Shown: positions 8,822 to 18,703, counted from the stretch's first letter. The stretch is DNA of 24,418 nucleotides from a virus (IMGVR_UViG_3300017913_000109:1-24418); one strand, 5' to 3'. The notes: a model not told the origin generated them from the letters alone. Made by a program: numbers and translations.

Positions 8822-10335
8822 TATTTATAAACCTTCTTCATCACACCACCGCCCATATCTTGTAACGTGAAGCTAGGCTCCGCTGGTGCTGTTGGGGTTG
8901 GTTGCGCAGGTGCTGTTGGCTGCTGCGCTGTTGGTGCCTGCGGTGCCGTGAGAGGTGCCACAAAATCTTGCGATTGCGCTGTTGACTGCTCTATAGCGTC
9001 CACTTCTGCGGCCTTACTTTCCAATATGGTCAGACGTTCTGATAATCGCGTTTTTAGATTGTTTAGTTCAGTAACAAGCTGTGTTGCACTCTGCATGCGA
9101 TCTAAGCGTGTCAATCCATCTATCGCTGTTTGCAATTCTTCTTTTGTAATTGCGCCTGCACCACGGAGAGATTGATACGCTTGAACGCCAACATCGCCTT
9201 TTAGCTTTTTAATCTTATTGATTAAGTCTATCTCAGCTTGGTTAAAGGCTAAATATGCACGTTTTGGTGTTGTTTCAGGGTCTAAGGCTCCATAGTTTTT
9301 GCCTGTTACACCCAACAAGGTTTCACCTGAATTAATAATCTCATCAATTATATTGAATGTCAGTTGCGTATCACTTCTAGCTTGAGCAATCTTATTTTTA
9401 GATGCTGCCAAATCTTCTGTTACTTTAGAACCAATAGTTTCAGCCGCTTTTGATCTGCGATCAATTTCATAAGCGCGTTCTTGAGATTTGTTGAAATAAG
9501 CCGTAGCTGCTGGGCCACTTAATGTTTCGCCACTAATAAGCCGCACAACAATAGAGCCATCTCGCATTGTAATAATTTGACCACTTCCATCAGGCAATGG
9601 CCTTGAAGATTGCACGTTTTCACCCGCAGGCAATTTTCCTGTTGCAGCTTTTTCACGCATATACTGCGTATAAACAGTCCGCGCATCCATGCCGCTTTCA
9701 ATAGCCCTTGCATAAGGCTCGCCACCAGGTTGCGTTTTTAACCATGCCGCAGTGCGGTTTGCTGTTTGTCGTTCTTCTTGTCTTACAATATCTTGTTCCG
9801 CGATTTCGCCAAGACGTTTGCCATATTCCGTGCGGCTAAATGAAGATAAAACCTGACGTGTGCGGGGATCGCGTAGGATACCCATCAAACCCCGTGGCTG
9901 TTGTTGCATTTGCTGCATTTGCTGTGCTGTAGGTTGCTGTCCGTCCATCTTCGGCCCCTTGTATCCAGCAAAGGCTTTCGCGCCCTGCGTCTCAAAAATA
10001 TATTTACCAATGCGATCTTGCGTGGCTTTGTCAAACTTCTGGCTAGGATCAATGCCTAGCTTTTTCACCGCATCGCGTAGCGTAGTCCCAACAACTTGAT
10101 ATGCTCCCACTGGAGTAGCAACACCCATTTCTGGGTCTGGGCGGCTAAGTGCAACATACTGACCATACGCACCGCTTGGGTTGGTAAAATCCAAAATATC
10201 AGCAATAGACATTTCCGACACTTTTACGTCTGAGAAAATGCCGCCTGGTCTGTTTTGATAACCAAACAAAGCATTGTAATCGCCGCCGCTTTCACCCGCG
10301 AAAATGCCCTGCTGTATTTCTTGCCATGTTGCCAT
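8821..10335 (-). CDS. Internal virion protein with an N-terminal lysozyme-fold (lytic transglycosylase-like) domain
   Basis: AGESGGDYNA (candidate catalytic Glu), GAYQVVGTTL and FDKATQD motifs in residues ~1-125, then a Q-rich linker and coiled coil. Confidence 0.75.
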   Translation of the reverse strand: MATWQEIQQGIFAGESGGDYNALFGYQNRPGGIFSDVKVSEMSIADILDFTNPSGAYGQYVALSRPDPEMGVATPVGAYQVVGTTLRDAVKKLGIDPSQKFDKATQDRIGKYIFETQGAKAFAGYKGPKMDGQQPTAQQMQQMQQQPRGLMGILRDPRTRQVLSSFSRTEYGKRLGEIAEQDIVRQEERQTANRTAAWLKTQPGGEPYARAIESGMDARTVYTQYMREKAATGKLPAGENVQSSRPLPDGSGQIITMRDGSIVVRLISGETLSGPAATAYFNKSQERAYEIDRRSKAAETIGSKVTEDLAASKNKIAQARSDTQLTFNIIDEIINSGETLLGVTGKNYGALDPETTPKRAYLAFNQAEIDLINKIKKLKGDVGVQAYQSLRGAGAITKEELQTAIDGLTRLDRMQSATQLVTELNNLKTRLSERLTILESKAAEVDAIEQSTAQSQDFVAPLTAPQAPTAQQPTAPAQPTPTAPAEPSFTLQDMGGGVMKKVYK

Positions 10336-11297
10336 TAGCCAAACCCTGGTATGGAACCAATCCCTGATAAAATATCAAACAAACCTGGCGTTCCTGGTGT
10401 TGTTATTGATGCACTAGGAAGTTGGCCTAGAATGCCTGTGCCTGTCTGTAATGCCTGACCAGGATAACCAAGGTTAGCTAGTGTTTGCTGACGCGCTGCA
10501 TTTAGCATCTGCTGTTGTTGCTGTTGCGCTAGTGCCGCTGCACGTTGTTGCTGTTCCAGACCGCGCATACCTTGACCAAACATCTGACCGCCTAAACCTG
10601 TTAGACCGCCCGCTGCTGATTGTTGGATGTTTGCCGCTTGGAATTGACCTTGATAATTGGCTTGATTTGCTGCTTGCTCAAGTTGGGCTTGCTGTAGTGC
10701 AAACTGATTAGCCGCTTGCATATTGCCCTGACGTGCCGCTTGCTCTCTAGCCGCCGCAGCTTCACGCGCTTGCTGTGCAAGTTGTGATGCTTGGAATTGT
10801 TGCTGCGAAGCCATTGTTCGCGCTGCTTGTGTCTGCCCAATGTCAAACTGACCAGAACGCAATGCTGTTTCAAATGCTTGCTGACGTTGCTGTGCTGATA
10901 ACGCACCCGCTTGACGTAGAGCCTCACCCGCTAAAATACCCTCTTGCACGGCTTGACGTGATCCACCAAATGCCCCTGCGCGTTGTGCTTGTGCCGCTAA
11001 GTTCTCAGAAGCCAACTGACGCTGACGCTCAATGTCTGCCTGTCCCGCTTCGATAACTTGCTGTTGATAAGGGGACATATATGGCTGCAAATTTGTTGTA
11101 GCCAATTGACCTACTTGTATTTGACCAGGTGCTTGTGCCGCCTGAACCGCACCAACACCCTGCATGGTTTGCGCTGGGCCTACCTGTGCCGCTTGCATTC
11201 CAGTGGGTGTAAAGCTGCCTAAACGTCCGTAAATATCACCCGCTTGCGTTTGATACTGTTGGGCTTGTCCAAAGATATTTGATGTGTTGGGTATCAT
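10335..11297 (-). CDS. Gln/Ala-rich internal virion (ejection/pilot) protein
   Basis: YMSPYQQQVI and AGAFGGSRQAV motifs, and a G-rich hydrophobic C-terminus (GLFDILSGIG). Confidence 0.7.
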   Translation of the reverse strand: MIPNTSNIFGQAQQYQTQAGDIYGRLGSFTPTGMQAAQVGPAQTMQGVGAVQAAQAPGQIQVGQLATTNLQPYMSPYQQQVIEAGQADIERQRQLASENLAAQAQRAGAFGGSRQAVQEGILAGEALRQAGALSAQQRQQAFETALRSGQFDIGQTQAARTMASQQQFQASQLAQQAREAAAAREQAARQGNMQAANQFALQQAQLEQAANQANYQGQFQAANIQQSAAGGLTGLGGQMFGQGMRGLEQQQRAAALAQQQQQQMLNAARQQTLANLGYPGQALQTGTGILGQLPSASITTPGTPGLFDILSGIGSIPGFG

Positions 11298-11300
11298 GGC

Positions 11301-11963
11301 TTAACCCCTTCCAAACATGCGGTCTAACGCGCGTGATACAACTGTGCCAGGTGGATCGTATGAACGATCAGACAATGAGCGCGATAAATCTGCACCAAAT
11401 GTTTTTTCTGTATCTGCTGCGCTGGTTGGCCTCAATCGTGGCCTTACTGTTGGCGCACGTCCTGTAGAACTGTATCTTGTAGCGGTAGGGCTTGAACTCC
11501 AACTATCGTTGTCATCATTACCACCACCTCCGCCACCGCCAGTTGGTGCCACAGTTTGGGTAGCCATAGGATCGTTATAGCCATATGAACGCTCACCAAA
11601 CTCACCAGTGATTGGATCCATGTAGAACGAACGCAGATAATCGTATTGCCCAGGATAACGCTCGGCATAAGAGGTTTCCATCTGCTCTTGGAAAGGTTGG
11701 CTTGTGTAAACTTCCATCCCGCCGACTGTAGTTGTAGGCATAGAAGGGGGCGCAACAGTTTCTAATCCCAAAGAACTAAGCAAAGCGTTTGTGCCGCTGT
11801 ATTGTGCTTGTGGTGCAACCGCCATGTATTGTGGAACATTTACTGGCCCTGCTGAATATTGCATCAACATTTGGTTAAGTAAAAAGTCCCTTGCTCGTTT
11901 TGTTTCTGGGTCAAGTTGCCCTTCTTGGCCTGACTTCCCAAACAAAAAATCAAAAACGCCCAT
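11301..11963 (-). CDS. Putative small internal virion protein
   Basis: MGVFDFLFGKSG amphipathic start, poly-Gly linker; SD GGAG; first gene of the ejection cluster. Confidence 0.6.
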   Translation of the reverse strand: MGVFDFLFGKSGQEGQLDPETKRARDFLLNQMLMQYSAGPVNVPQYMAVAPQAQYSGTNALLSSLGLETVAPPSMPTTTVGGMEVYTSQPFQEQMETSYAERYPGQYDYLRSFYMDPITGEFGERSYGYNDPMATQTVAPTGGGGGGGNDDNDSWSSSPTATRYSSTGRAPTVRPRLRPTSAADTEKTFGADLSRSLSDRSYDPPGTVVSRALDRMFGRG

Positions 11964-11988
11964 TGTTTTACTCCGAAATCCTTAATGC

Positions 11989-12004
11989 TTTATAGCACAT
12001 TTTG
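11989..12004 (-). promoter_or_regulatory. Candidate promoter (extended -10) for the ejection/head genes
   Basis: Minus strand CAAAAT-G-TGC-TATAAA in a 56-bp intergenic gap. Confidence 0.45.
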
Positions 12005-12019
12005 TTTCCCTTGACACCC

Positions 12020-12691
12020 CTACACATGTATCCTCGTAATCGTCAACGTAGTCGCTGGCGATGCGGGAGCAAATGCGGTTGAGCCATGCGCCTTCAAGTG
12101 ACCATCGGTGCGGTCTACCGCCCACATAACTTGCAAGTAGTCGTTTGCCGCAAAGTCAAAAATAGAGCTACGAGATACAACAAGCGTTGATCCGTTCTGG
12201 TGTAAGGTGTTTACCATTGTGCTGCCTGTGACGTCAGTGCCATTTTTGCGAGGCCAAAAATAAAACACAACATCTGAGCCAGACGTTGATCGTATATTTG
12301 CCGAAAAGCTAATCAGGTATTGCCCTGCTTCCTCAAATACAATGCGGTCATTGTTTGTCGGATCACGGTCAATCTTGTGATTGTAGCTTGGAGCATCATA
12401 AGTGATTGCATAAGCCGTATCTGTAGCCGCCGCCGTAACATCTGTTGAGCGTGTAAACACAGCATCCGCAGACGTAACAGGCACAAAATCACCCATAGCC
12501 AACGGCACCCACTCTCCGTTTTTAGACACAACGGGATATAGGTTCTCACGATCCCACAGTAACGCACCATCCTCTGCCGCAGAGCTATACTGATCCTTGG
12601 CGTCTAGCTGATTGAGAGCCTTGCCAAGAAACTTACGGATATTCTCTGCCCATGCCTGAATGTCTGGCGTAAACGGTGGGACAATTCTCAT
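12020..12691 (-). CDS. Tail needle/spike-like protein with a C-terminal beta-sandwich (C1q/TNF-like) domain
   Basis: Short N-terminal helix, then RIVFEEAGQYLISFSANI...YLQVMW. Follows the nozzle gene, as gp26 follows gp10 in P22. Confidence 0.55.
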   Translation of the reverse strand: MRIVPPFTPDIQAWAENIRKFLGKALNQLDAKDQYSSAAEDGALLWDRENLYPVVSKNGEWVPLAMGDFVPVTSADAVFTRSTDVTAAATDTAYAITYDAPSYNHKIDRDPTNNDRIVFEEAGQYLISFSANIRSTSGSDVVFYFWPRKNGTDVTGSTMVNTLHQNGSTLVVSRSSIFDFAANDYLQVMWAVDRTDGHLKAHGSTAFAPASPATTLTITRIHV

Positions 12692-14163
12692 CTGCGCCCA
12701 CCTTGCCGCGCATCAAGTCGCATTATGCCAACGCGCCAATCTGCATCCTCTGCGCCTTCAACTCGCATGCGCACTTGACGGCCTTGGAAGCGCACAGATG
12801 TTGGATTACTCATAGTGAACGGCCCAAACTCACGCTCCTCGCCATTCGGATAAAAGCGTGTCTTGAACTTGGCGCTAACATCGCCCTGCGTTTTTTCGTC
12901 TGGGATAAGCTCAACAACGCTCATTAAGTTATCACCAGAACCAATCGCAATTGGGCCTGTTTCCGCGTGTGGCGTGTCTGAGCCATAATCGTATCCAATC
13001 TCATGCTCATATAAAACACCGCCGCTTGCGATAAATAGCGGTTGACGGAATACGCCGCGATCCACGCCCGCAGTGCGATCCATGTTTCCTGTCGTCCAGA
13101 TGTTTTCAACGTAATCATATGCAACATAGCGATCACATTCAGTTGATCCGCTTGATGGGTAGAACCACCAGATTTCATTCCACGCTGAATTTACCACTGC
13201 GCTGATCTTACTGCGCTGATCGCTGTTCATGTCTGAGAATACAAAGTCACCAACTTCACAAGGCACTTCCTGAACACGACCACCAGCGTAAACAAAGAAG
13301 CTACGACGGCCCATCCAAAACACGCCGTTGTCAACTGACGCTGCCGCGCCTGCTCCGATAAGACCGCATGATGTTCCAACACGCTCTAGGCCATACACGA
13401 ACGGCGGCCCCTGATAAGTCATGGTGTGACAATCTTCTGATGTGAGGATAACCGACTGTCCGCGCGTTCGAAGTCCACGCAAAATGGTGCCGTTTGTTTG
13501 GATGTTTAGATCACCCGCTTGGTTTGTCGCAGCCGCAGTCCAAGTTGTATTGTCCTCTTGGTCTGACCACTGCACCTTACGAGGATCACCGCCTGCGCCG
13601 AAACATACGACAAAGCGTTCTTCCGTCACCATGAAGCCAGAGCAACTTGTCGGTGCATTGCTAACTTGCGCCGCAGTAGACGCAGACAAGTCCCACTCAT
13701 ACAGCTTTCCGTCATCTGGAGACATGGCAAGTAAATATTCGCCCCAGTTGTCTAGCGACCAAACCGTAGCGGGTTGCAACGTAGAGGCGTCTTGCCTTGC
13801 CACGCCATATTCTTCGTATCCGTAGAAGCCACCGCCATAAGCACTATTTACATCTGCACTTACGCGGCCTGCTGTTAAGCCTGCTGGCGTTATGTCGGTA
13901 GTCGTGCCGCCTGCGGTAATTGCGTAGAGTTTATTATGAGTGCCAGCACCTAAATATCTGTCACCCGTATTGCTTTCCCAAGCAAGCATTGAACGAGCTG
14001 TTCCGCTAATATCTACAGAACCGCGCTGTCTCCACCCACCGATTGGACGTAGGGCATCTTCGTGCCAGCGAACAAGATTGACGTCACGCCAGCGACCTTG
14101 TGACATTAAGTCAGTGCCGTTGCGATACGCCCCCTTCGGGATTTGCAATGGTATGAGAGGCAT
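12688..14163 (-). CDS. Tail nozzle / DNA-stabilisation protein (P22 gp10-like)
   Basis: 491 aa beta-rich protein with WSLDNWGE, VQWSDQED...W, FWMG and EIWWFYPS motifs. Confidence 0.75.
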   Translation of the reverse strand: MPLIPLQIPKGAYRNGTDLMSQGRWRDVNLVRWHEDALRPIGGWRQRGSVDISGTARSMLAWESNTGDRYLGAGTHNKLYAITAGGTTTDITPAGLTAGRVSADVNSAYGGGFYGYEEYGVARQDASTLQPATVWSLDNWGEYLLAMSPDDGKLYEWDLSASTAAQVSNAPTSCSGFMVTEERFVVCFGAGGDPRKVQWSDQEDNTTWTAAATNQAGDLNIQTNGTILRGLRTRGQSVILTSEDCHTMTYQGPPFVYGLERVGTSCGLIGAGAAASVDNGVFWMGRRSFFVYAGGRVQEVPCEVGDFVFSDMNSDQRSKISAVVNSAWNEIWWFYPSSGSTECDRYVAYDYVENIWTTGNMDRTAGVDRGVFRQPLFIASGGVLYEHEIGYDYGSDTPHAETGPIAIGSGDNLMSVVELIPDEKTQGDVSAKFKTRFYPNGEEREFGPFTMSNPTSVRFQGRQVRMRVEGAEDADWRVGIMRLDARQGGRR

Positions 14164-14183
14164 TAAGCATTACTCCCTCTCAA

Positions 14184-14642
14184 TTAAGGTTTAGTAGGCC
14201 AATCACTGTCGGCCAAGTTAGGCCAATTTGCGTGTGTGGTAATGTCGCGCAGAGACTGACGATATGCAGTCATTTCTGCTGTCAGCGTTACATCGGTTAA
14301 TGCAAGGTAATCGGTATCTTCTAGTAAATTGTTACGCTTGGCGCGATTTGTTGCAGCCGTTGCATCATCATATTCTTGAACTTCATCTGCCGTTTTATCT
14401 GATGTTGTCCAAGAAATTGTCCAATCGCTACCAACAAGTGTCGGAGTAGCGTTCATCGCAACCTTTTGCGTTCTTGCTGTGATTGATGGCTGATCCGAAA
14501 CTGTTACTGGATAAACTCCATAATCCGCCAACATTTCATCTGGGATTTGTTTCGGGAAAGATGTGTTAGGATTGTCACGGCGTAGTTGCCCTACGGAATA
14601 GGGGTATGTGTCTACTGAGCCGTTTGTAATTTTAACATACAT
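14184..14642 (-). CDS. Tail fibre assembly chaperone-like protein
   Basis: YPYS..QLRRDNPNTSFP N-terminus and R..RN.LL..TD.....D...YRQ.LRDI...WP.KP C-terminus; SD AAGGAG. Confidence 0.8.
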   Translation of the reverse strand: MYVKITNGSVDTYPYSVGQLRRDNPNTSFPKQIPDEMLADYGVYPVTVSDQPSITARTQKVAMNATPTLVGSDWTISWTTSDKTADEVQEYDDATAATNRAKRNNLLEDTDYLALTDVTLTAEMTAYRQSLRDITTHANWPNLADSDWPTKP

Positions 14643-14653
14643 TGTATGTCTCC

Positions 14654-15970
14654 TTAGAGGTTTGTTGTGGTTGTGGATGTAGCTGTAAAGGTGTCGATTT
14701 GGCTGTCGCCTGATCCTTGTTCCAGCGTCCCAGATTGGTCAGCAAAACTGCCTGTCACGGTTTCAAATGTTGTTGGGTTATTGCGAGTTGTCATGGAAAT
14801 ACTCGAGAACGTAACGCTATCATATGTGCCTGACGTGCTTCCGTCATCTGGTATTTTGCCAATGATTAGCTTTCTGTTTGTTTCTGTGGTGTAGCCGTTA
14901 AAATAAAGATTGCCGTTATTGTCTACGTCTATACCAAGTATTTCTACCGCACCGCCGCCAGAGGCTTCTATTTCCAAACCCCAGAGAAACACCCCTGTAG
15001 CACTTAGCTTCATAATGATGCCATGATTTGGGCTTGCGTTATACCAACCGCAGACATAAATATTGTCATCACTGTCCATCGCTACTGAGGACGAATAAAA
15101 ATTATAGCCACTGACGTAGTAGGATTTTTGCCAGTTTGTGTTTCCATTGGTTGCAATCCTAGCAACAAACATTTCGCTGTTTGTAACAGCTTCCGTGTGA
15201 CCGCATGCGATAATTCTGTCGCTGCTGGAAGTAATACTTTTACACTCAGCAGCCTGTGTTGACTTGTTGCTAATTCTAAATTGCTTCGACCAATCACGGT
15301 ATCCACCTGACACACTTAAAACAAGTAACGCATATTCACCTTGGCCAGCATTTACTGCGTGAGTAATATTTGAATATTGGGTGCTACTGTCACCACACAT
15401 GTCACGAATAAACAAGTTGTTGCCAGTGGAGAAATTCCAGACCTCTGATTTAGAACTTGCCTGTAAGGAGCTATTATATCTGCCACCAGTGATTTGGCGA
15501 TAACTCACATAATAATCAAAAGCCACATAAATATTAGTATCACCTACTATTGCAGGGGTGGAGCCTTTATAGTAAGAAGCGCGATATATGTCTAACTGGT
15601 TGCCACCGTTTCCAAAGTTTGGATCGTCGGCAACTCTTAAATGACCTCTCTCATATGAGCCATCATAGTTATACATACCGTAACCGTATTTATTTGATGA
15701 CAAAATGCACACCTTTGGTCTCATAAAGGTTTCGCTAGTGTCATGCACTCGTAATCTTGGGTAGTTTGCGGACTTATACTCGCCATCTTCAGCATTCAGC
15801 GTTATCTGTATGGTATCGTTACCAGAGGTTCCCATAGCAATGACGTATTCATTTGCGCTGTCATAAAACGCTTGCCAAGGATATACGTTTGTGTAGGCGA
15901 TTTTGGTCATCCATGAGCTTTCACCGCCAGCACCAGATGCAAGAATTGTCTTTTTAGATGAAAAGCTCAT
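14654..15970 (-). CDS. Putative receptor-binding protein (beta-propeller-like)
   Basis: Repeated blade-like motifs (SVAMDSDDNIYVCGW, GIDVDNNGNLYFNGY); Ser/Tyr/Asn-rich; between fibre and chaperone genes. Confidence 0.6.
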   Translation of the reverse strand: MSFSSKKTILASGAGGESSWMTKIAYTNVYPWQAFYDSANEYVIAMGTSGNDTIQITLNAEDGEYKSANYPRLRVHDTSETFMRPKVCILSSNKYGYGMYNYDGSYERGHLRVADDPNFGNGGNQLDIYRASYYKGSTPAIVGDTNIYVAFDYYVSYRQITGGRYNSSLQASSKSEVWNFSTGNNLFIRDMCGDSSTQYSNITHAVNAGQGEYALLVLSVSGGYRDWSKQFRISNKSTQAAECKSITSSSDRIIACGHTEAVTNSEMFVARIATNGNTNWQKSYYVSGYNFYSSSVAMDSDDNIYVCGWYNASPNHGIIMKLSATGVFLWGLEIEASGGGAVEILGIDVDNNGNLYFNGYTTETNRKLIIGKIPDDGSTSGTYDSVTFSSISMTTRNNPTTFETVTGSFADQSGTLEQGSGDSQIDTFTATSTTTTNL

Positions 15971-15975
15971 TTAGG

Positions 15976-16728
15976 TTATCCCATTGCTTGACCAGCAGTA
16001 AATCCATACCAGTTAGTGCCACCGTCGTAGGTAATGAAGCAGAACACATCGACACCGCCAGATGTAGTTGTAAGTGTCGGCGCAGTCGCCGCCGCCCAAT
16101 CTACAGAACTAGGCCATGTAATTGTTCGTGCAGTGCTGTCCTGTGTCACCTTCAACGTGAATGATGAAGTCAATCCAGACGATGCTGGGTTGCTAAATGT
16201 ATAAGTTACGTTTTCTGACAGAGTATGAGTGAAGTTTGTGCCATCACGCATGTTCAGTGTAGCCGCACCAGACGAAGATGTAATTGCTGTGCTTTCCTCA
16301 GAAATACCATTGTCAAACGTCACGACACCATTTGCATCCGCTGTAACCGCCTTAGAAGCCTCTGACGTGCCTAGCGTTGTGATGTCTAGGTAGTTTAGCT
16401 CCGCTGTCGTCGCAGTAACGCCATCCAACAAATTAAGCTCTGCCGCTGTAGATGTCACACCGTCGAGGATGTTTAGCTCCGCAGCCGTTGATGTGATTGC
16501 CGTTCCAGAAATCGACAATGTAGAAAAGTTACCAGTTGAAGCAGAGTTTGCACCAATCGGCGTTCCGTCAATCGAACCAGAATTGATGTCGATACCAGTG
16601 ACAGGCGTTGTGCCGTCTAGCAGATCATCAAGAGTGTCTAGGTTTGAGTTGATATAACCACCCCAAGCGTCCTCATCGCCGCCAACGGTGGGCTTTTGCA
16701 AGCTGTATGTTGTTGTGTTCGTAGGCAT
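15976..16728 (-). CDS. Tail fibre protein
   Basis: N-terminal KPTVGGDEDAWG anchor, TAAELN.LDG repeats, and a C-terminal TQD.T.RTITWPSSVDW...DVF.F...DGGTNWYG domain. Confidence 0.75.
   Translation of the reverse strand: MPTNTTTYSLQKPTVGGDEDAWGGYINSNLDTLDDLLDGTTPVTGIDINSGSIDGTPIGANSASTGNFSTLSISGTAITSTAAELNILDGVTSTAAELNLLDGVTATTAELNYLDITTLGTSEASKAVTADANGVVTFDNGISEESTAITSSSGAATLNMRDGTNFTHTLSENVTYTFSNPASSGLTSSFTLKVTQDSTARTITWPSSVDWAAATAPTLTTTSGGVDVFCFITYDGGTNWYGFTAGQAMG
16384..16497 (-). repeat. Three tandem 13-aa (39-nt) repeats in the tail fibre
   Basis: ITSTAAELNILDG / VTSTAAELNLLDG / VTATTAELNYLD. Confidence 0.85.
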
Positions 16729-17358
16729 TTATGCGGCCCTCTCTAAGTAATGTGCTGTTGTCCACGTTGTTGTCGGATCGGTTGCTGGCAACCACTTGTA
16801 ACGCGCAGACACGGTGGTATCTCCTAGAATGTCATCACTCGCAGAGAATAGTCTAACACGGTTATACGATATATCTGGCGAAATTGAAACAGTTGGGCTT
16901 GCTGCGCCCACGATGCTGTAAACCGCATGTGCTGATGTTGTGTATGTCAGCGCGGCACTGCCAGATACGTTTCTTGTCACCTCGATGGTCAGTGACGGTG
17001 TGATCGTGATATTAGCTGTGGCCGTAACTTCCTCAATACTCTCGTTCTGTCCATACATGAACGTGCCGTAAGTATTGATGCCATAACCATCGCGGAAGCC
17101 TGCAACACTGTCGTATTCTACAGCCGCCGCAGTAACTACACCCAAGATGTTTACAGTTGCGCTTACATCTTTTATCAACCCACCAGATGCTGAGCTACTT
17201 GCTGCAATAGCGGCAGACGCAGATGCATCCACAATCGTAACTGCGCTTGCGCTAGATGATACGCTCAACGCTACAGTAGCAGAAAACTGCGTAGTTTCTG
17301 GCTCACCATAAAGGCCAGAGCCATATTCACCTGTATCGTATGTAGAGCGTAACGCCAT
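16729..17358 (-). CDS. Virion structural protein, Ser/Ala/Thr-rich
   Basis: Two YG-rich motifs (YDTGEYGSGLYG, YGINTYGTFMYG) separated by beta-like S/A/T segments. Confidence 0.65.
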   Translation of the reverse strand: MALRSTYDTGEYGSGLYGEPETTQFSATVALSVSSSASAVTIVDASASAAIAASSSASGGLIKDVSATVNILGVVTAAAVEYDSVAGFRDGYGINTYGTFMYGQNESIEEVTATANITITPSLTIEVTRNVSGSAALTYTTSAHAVYSIVGAASPTVSISPDISYNRVRLFSASDDILGDTTVSARYKWLPATDPTTTWTTAHYLERAA

Positions 17359-17747
17359 TATGCAGCCGTGATGTCTAGGTCACCTGTTGGGATGCGGAAT
17401 ACATCGCCATCGTTAATTGCTTTGGCAACGTCTAGCGCGGCATGAACAATCATGTTGCCGCCTGATGATGCGTCCATCACACCGATGTGGCTAACTGTTC
17501 CCCAGTTGCCGCCTGATGCCGCAGGGAACTCAACCGCTGCTGAGTTGGTTGCCGTGTCGTTTGTGACACTGAACGTTACTGATGTGCGAGCGTAGCCTGT
17601 GCCTGTAGATACCTCTGTGCCAGCAGAGCCAGTGTCTGTCGGGTCAGATGTGAACAAGGCAATATACCAAGCTGTTGGACGTGTTACGCTGTCAGTGGTC
17701 AGTAGATACTGAAGCGTGTGCGTTTCGAAAGCGTTTGTTAAAGACAT
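17358..17747 (-). CDS. Virion structural protein (fibre/decoration-associated)
   Basis: YIALFTSDP, EVS.G.GYAR, FP.A...WGTVSH.G..DA..GGN and GDVFRIP.G.LDI motifs typical of this phage protein class. Confidence 0.75.
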   Translation of the reverse strand: MSLTNAFETHTLQYLLTTDSVTRPTAWYIALFTSDPTDTGSAGTEVSTGTGYARTSVTFSVTNDTATNSAAVEFPAASGGNWGTVSHIGVMDASSGGNMIVHAALDVAKAINDGDVFRIPTGDLDITAA

Positions 17748-17776
17748 GGATTTCTCCGTTAGATATATCTAGGCGC

Positions 17777-17792
17777 AATATACACCATTTTG
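17777..17792 (-). promoter_or_regulatory. Candidate promoter for the fibre/tail genes
   Basis: Minus strand CAAAAT-GGTG-TATATT in a 48-bp gap, followed by the palindrome TAGATATATCTA (17760-17771). Confidence 0.45.
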
Positions 17793-17795
17793 CAG

Positions 17796-18416
17796 TTAAT
17801 AACTAGATATGATAATTCTGCGACCAGAACCACCAAACCGTGTGTCGTCTGAGGCTTTTTGCAAAGAAGCTAATGCGTTCTGATACAAGCTCGCCCAGGT
17901 TTGTGTTCTTGCGTCATCCAGCAAGTAAGGTGCTGACTGCATTAGCGCACCATACAAGTAAATATCTGGGTCAGACTGCAATAGCCAAGTATAAGTGTTG
18001 CTGTCGCTTAGACTTGGGATTTCGGAGTAATACGCAAGCTGCATAGGATATTCTGCATCAGGCGTTGGAAAGACCTCTATAGCCTCACCGATCTGTGAAT
18101 AGTATTGCGGAATGCCACTTGTGTCGCGGTTTTGCTCACGCTTTTCTAGCATATCTTCAGGCCCAATAAGGTCTAACCGTCTGGTATGCGATGCTGTGAT
18201 GTTGAACCGAACTGTCTCCACCCAATCAGCAGGCACTTGAACGTAACGACTGTCTAGCGTTGCATCTACGCGCTCAATCATCTTGTAGTGGCGCAGCTTT
18301 CGGTTAATGTCTGTTTCCGCAAGCGTGATGAAATCAGGAATAACAGACGTTAAATCATCGCGGTTCAGCCAGTTGGCAATAGATGTTTTTAACTCTGCAT
18401 AAGTCGTAATAGCCAT
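17796..18416 (-). CDS. Head-tail adaptor protein
   Basis: MAITTYAELKTSIANWLNRDDL..IPDFI.LAE..INR.LR and PD.YLYGAL...APYL..D.R...W motifs. Confidence 0.8.
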   Translation of the reverse strand: MAITTYAELKTSIANWLNRDDLTSVIPDFITLAETDINRKLRHYKMIERVDATLDSRYVQVPADWVETVRFNITASHTRRLDLIGPEDMLEKREQNRDTSGIPQYYSQIGEAIEVFPTPDAEYPMQLAYYSEIPSLSDSNTYTWLLQSDPDIYLYGALMQSAPYLLDDARTQTWASLYQNALASLQKASDDTRFGGSGRRIIISSY

Positions 18417-18421
18417 TTAGT

Positions 18422-18703
18422 TCACCATTTACAGCGATCAGCCCAATATGCTGCGCTCATTTTACCCTTTGCAATATTCTTAGCATGTCTTGCCTTGAAT
18501 GATGCTCTGCGCTTTTTGTTGGCTTCACTCTCGCCTTTGCGAGGTGGCGAACCACTTACACCTTTTTGACCAAACCGTATTAGCTTAGTCTTGTTACCCT
18601 CTTTTGCCACAACTGCGTGGGATTTACTAGCATGTCCTGGTGTTCTTACACACTGATTAAACCTAGAAGCACCAATCTTTGTTAGGCGAGGGTCTTTAGC
18701 CAT
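18422..18703 (-). CDS. Basic phage hypothetical protein
   Basis: 93 aa with KSHAVVAK.G...KLIRFGQ.G and RRASFKARHAKNI.KGKMSAAYWA. Confidence 0.8.
   Translation of the reverse strand: MAKDPRLTKIGASRFNQCVRTPGHASKSHAVVAKEGNKTKLIRFGQKGVSGSPPRKGESEANKKRRASFKARHAKNIAKGKMSAAYWADRCKW

Noticed and set aside
12011-12040. Plus-strand TTGACA as an antisense promoter
   Set aside because: No acceptable -10 at 16-18 bp spacing.
14654-16728. Diversity-generating retroelement or invertible fibre cassette
   Set aside because: No reverse transcriptase, recombinase or duplicated template repeat seen in the window.
16726-16731. In-frame TAA-ATG junction between two structural genes suggesting stop read-through
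   Set aside because: TAA is the least leaky stop and the downstream gene has its own SD-like GAGAGG; simple coupling explains it.
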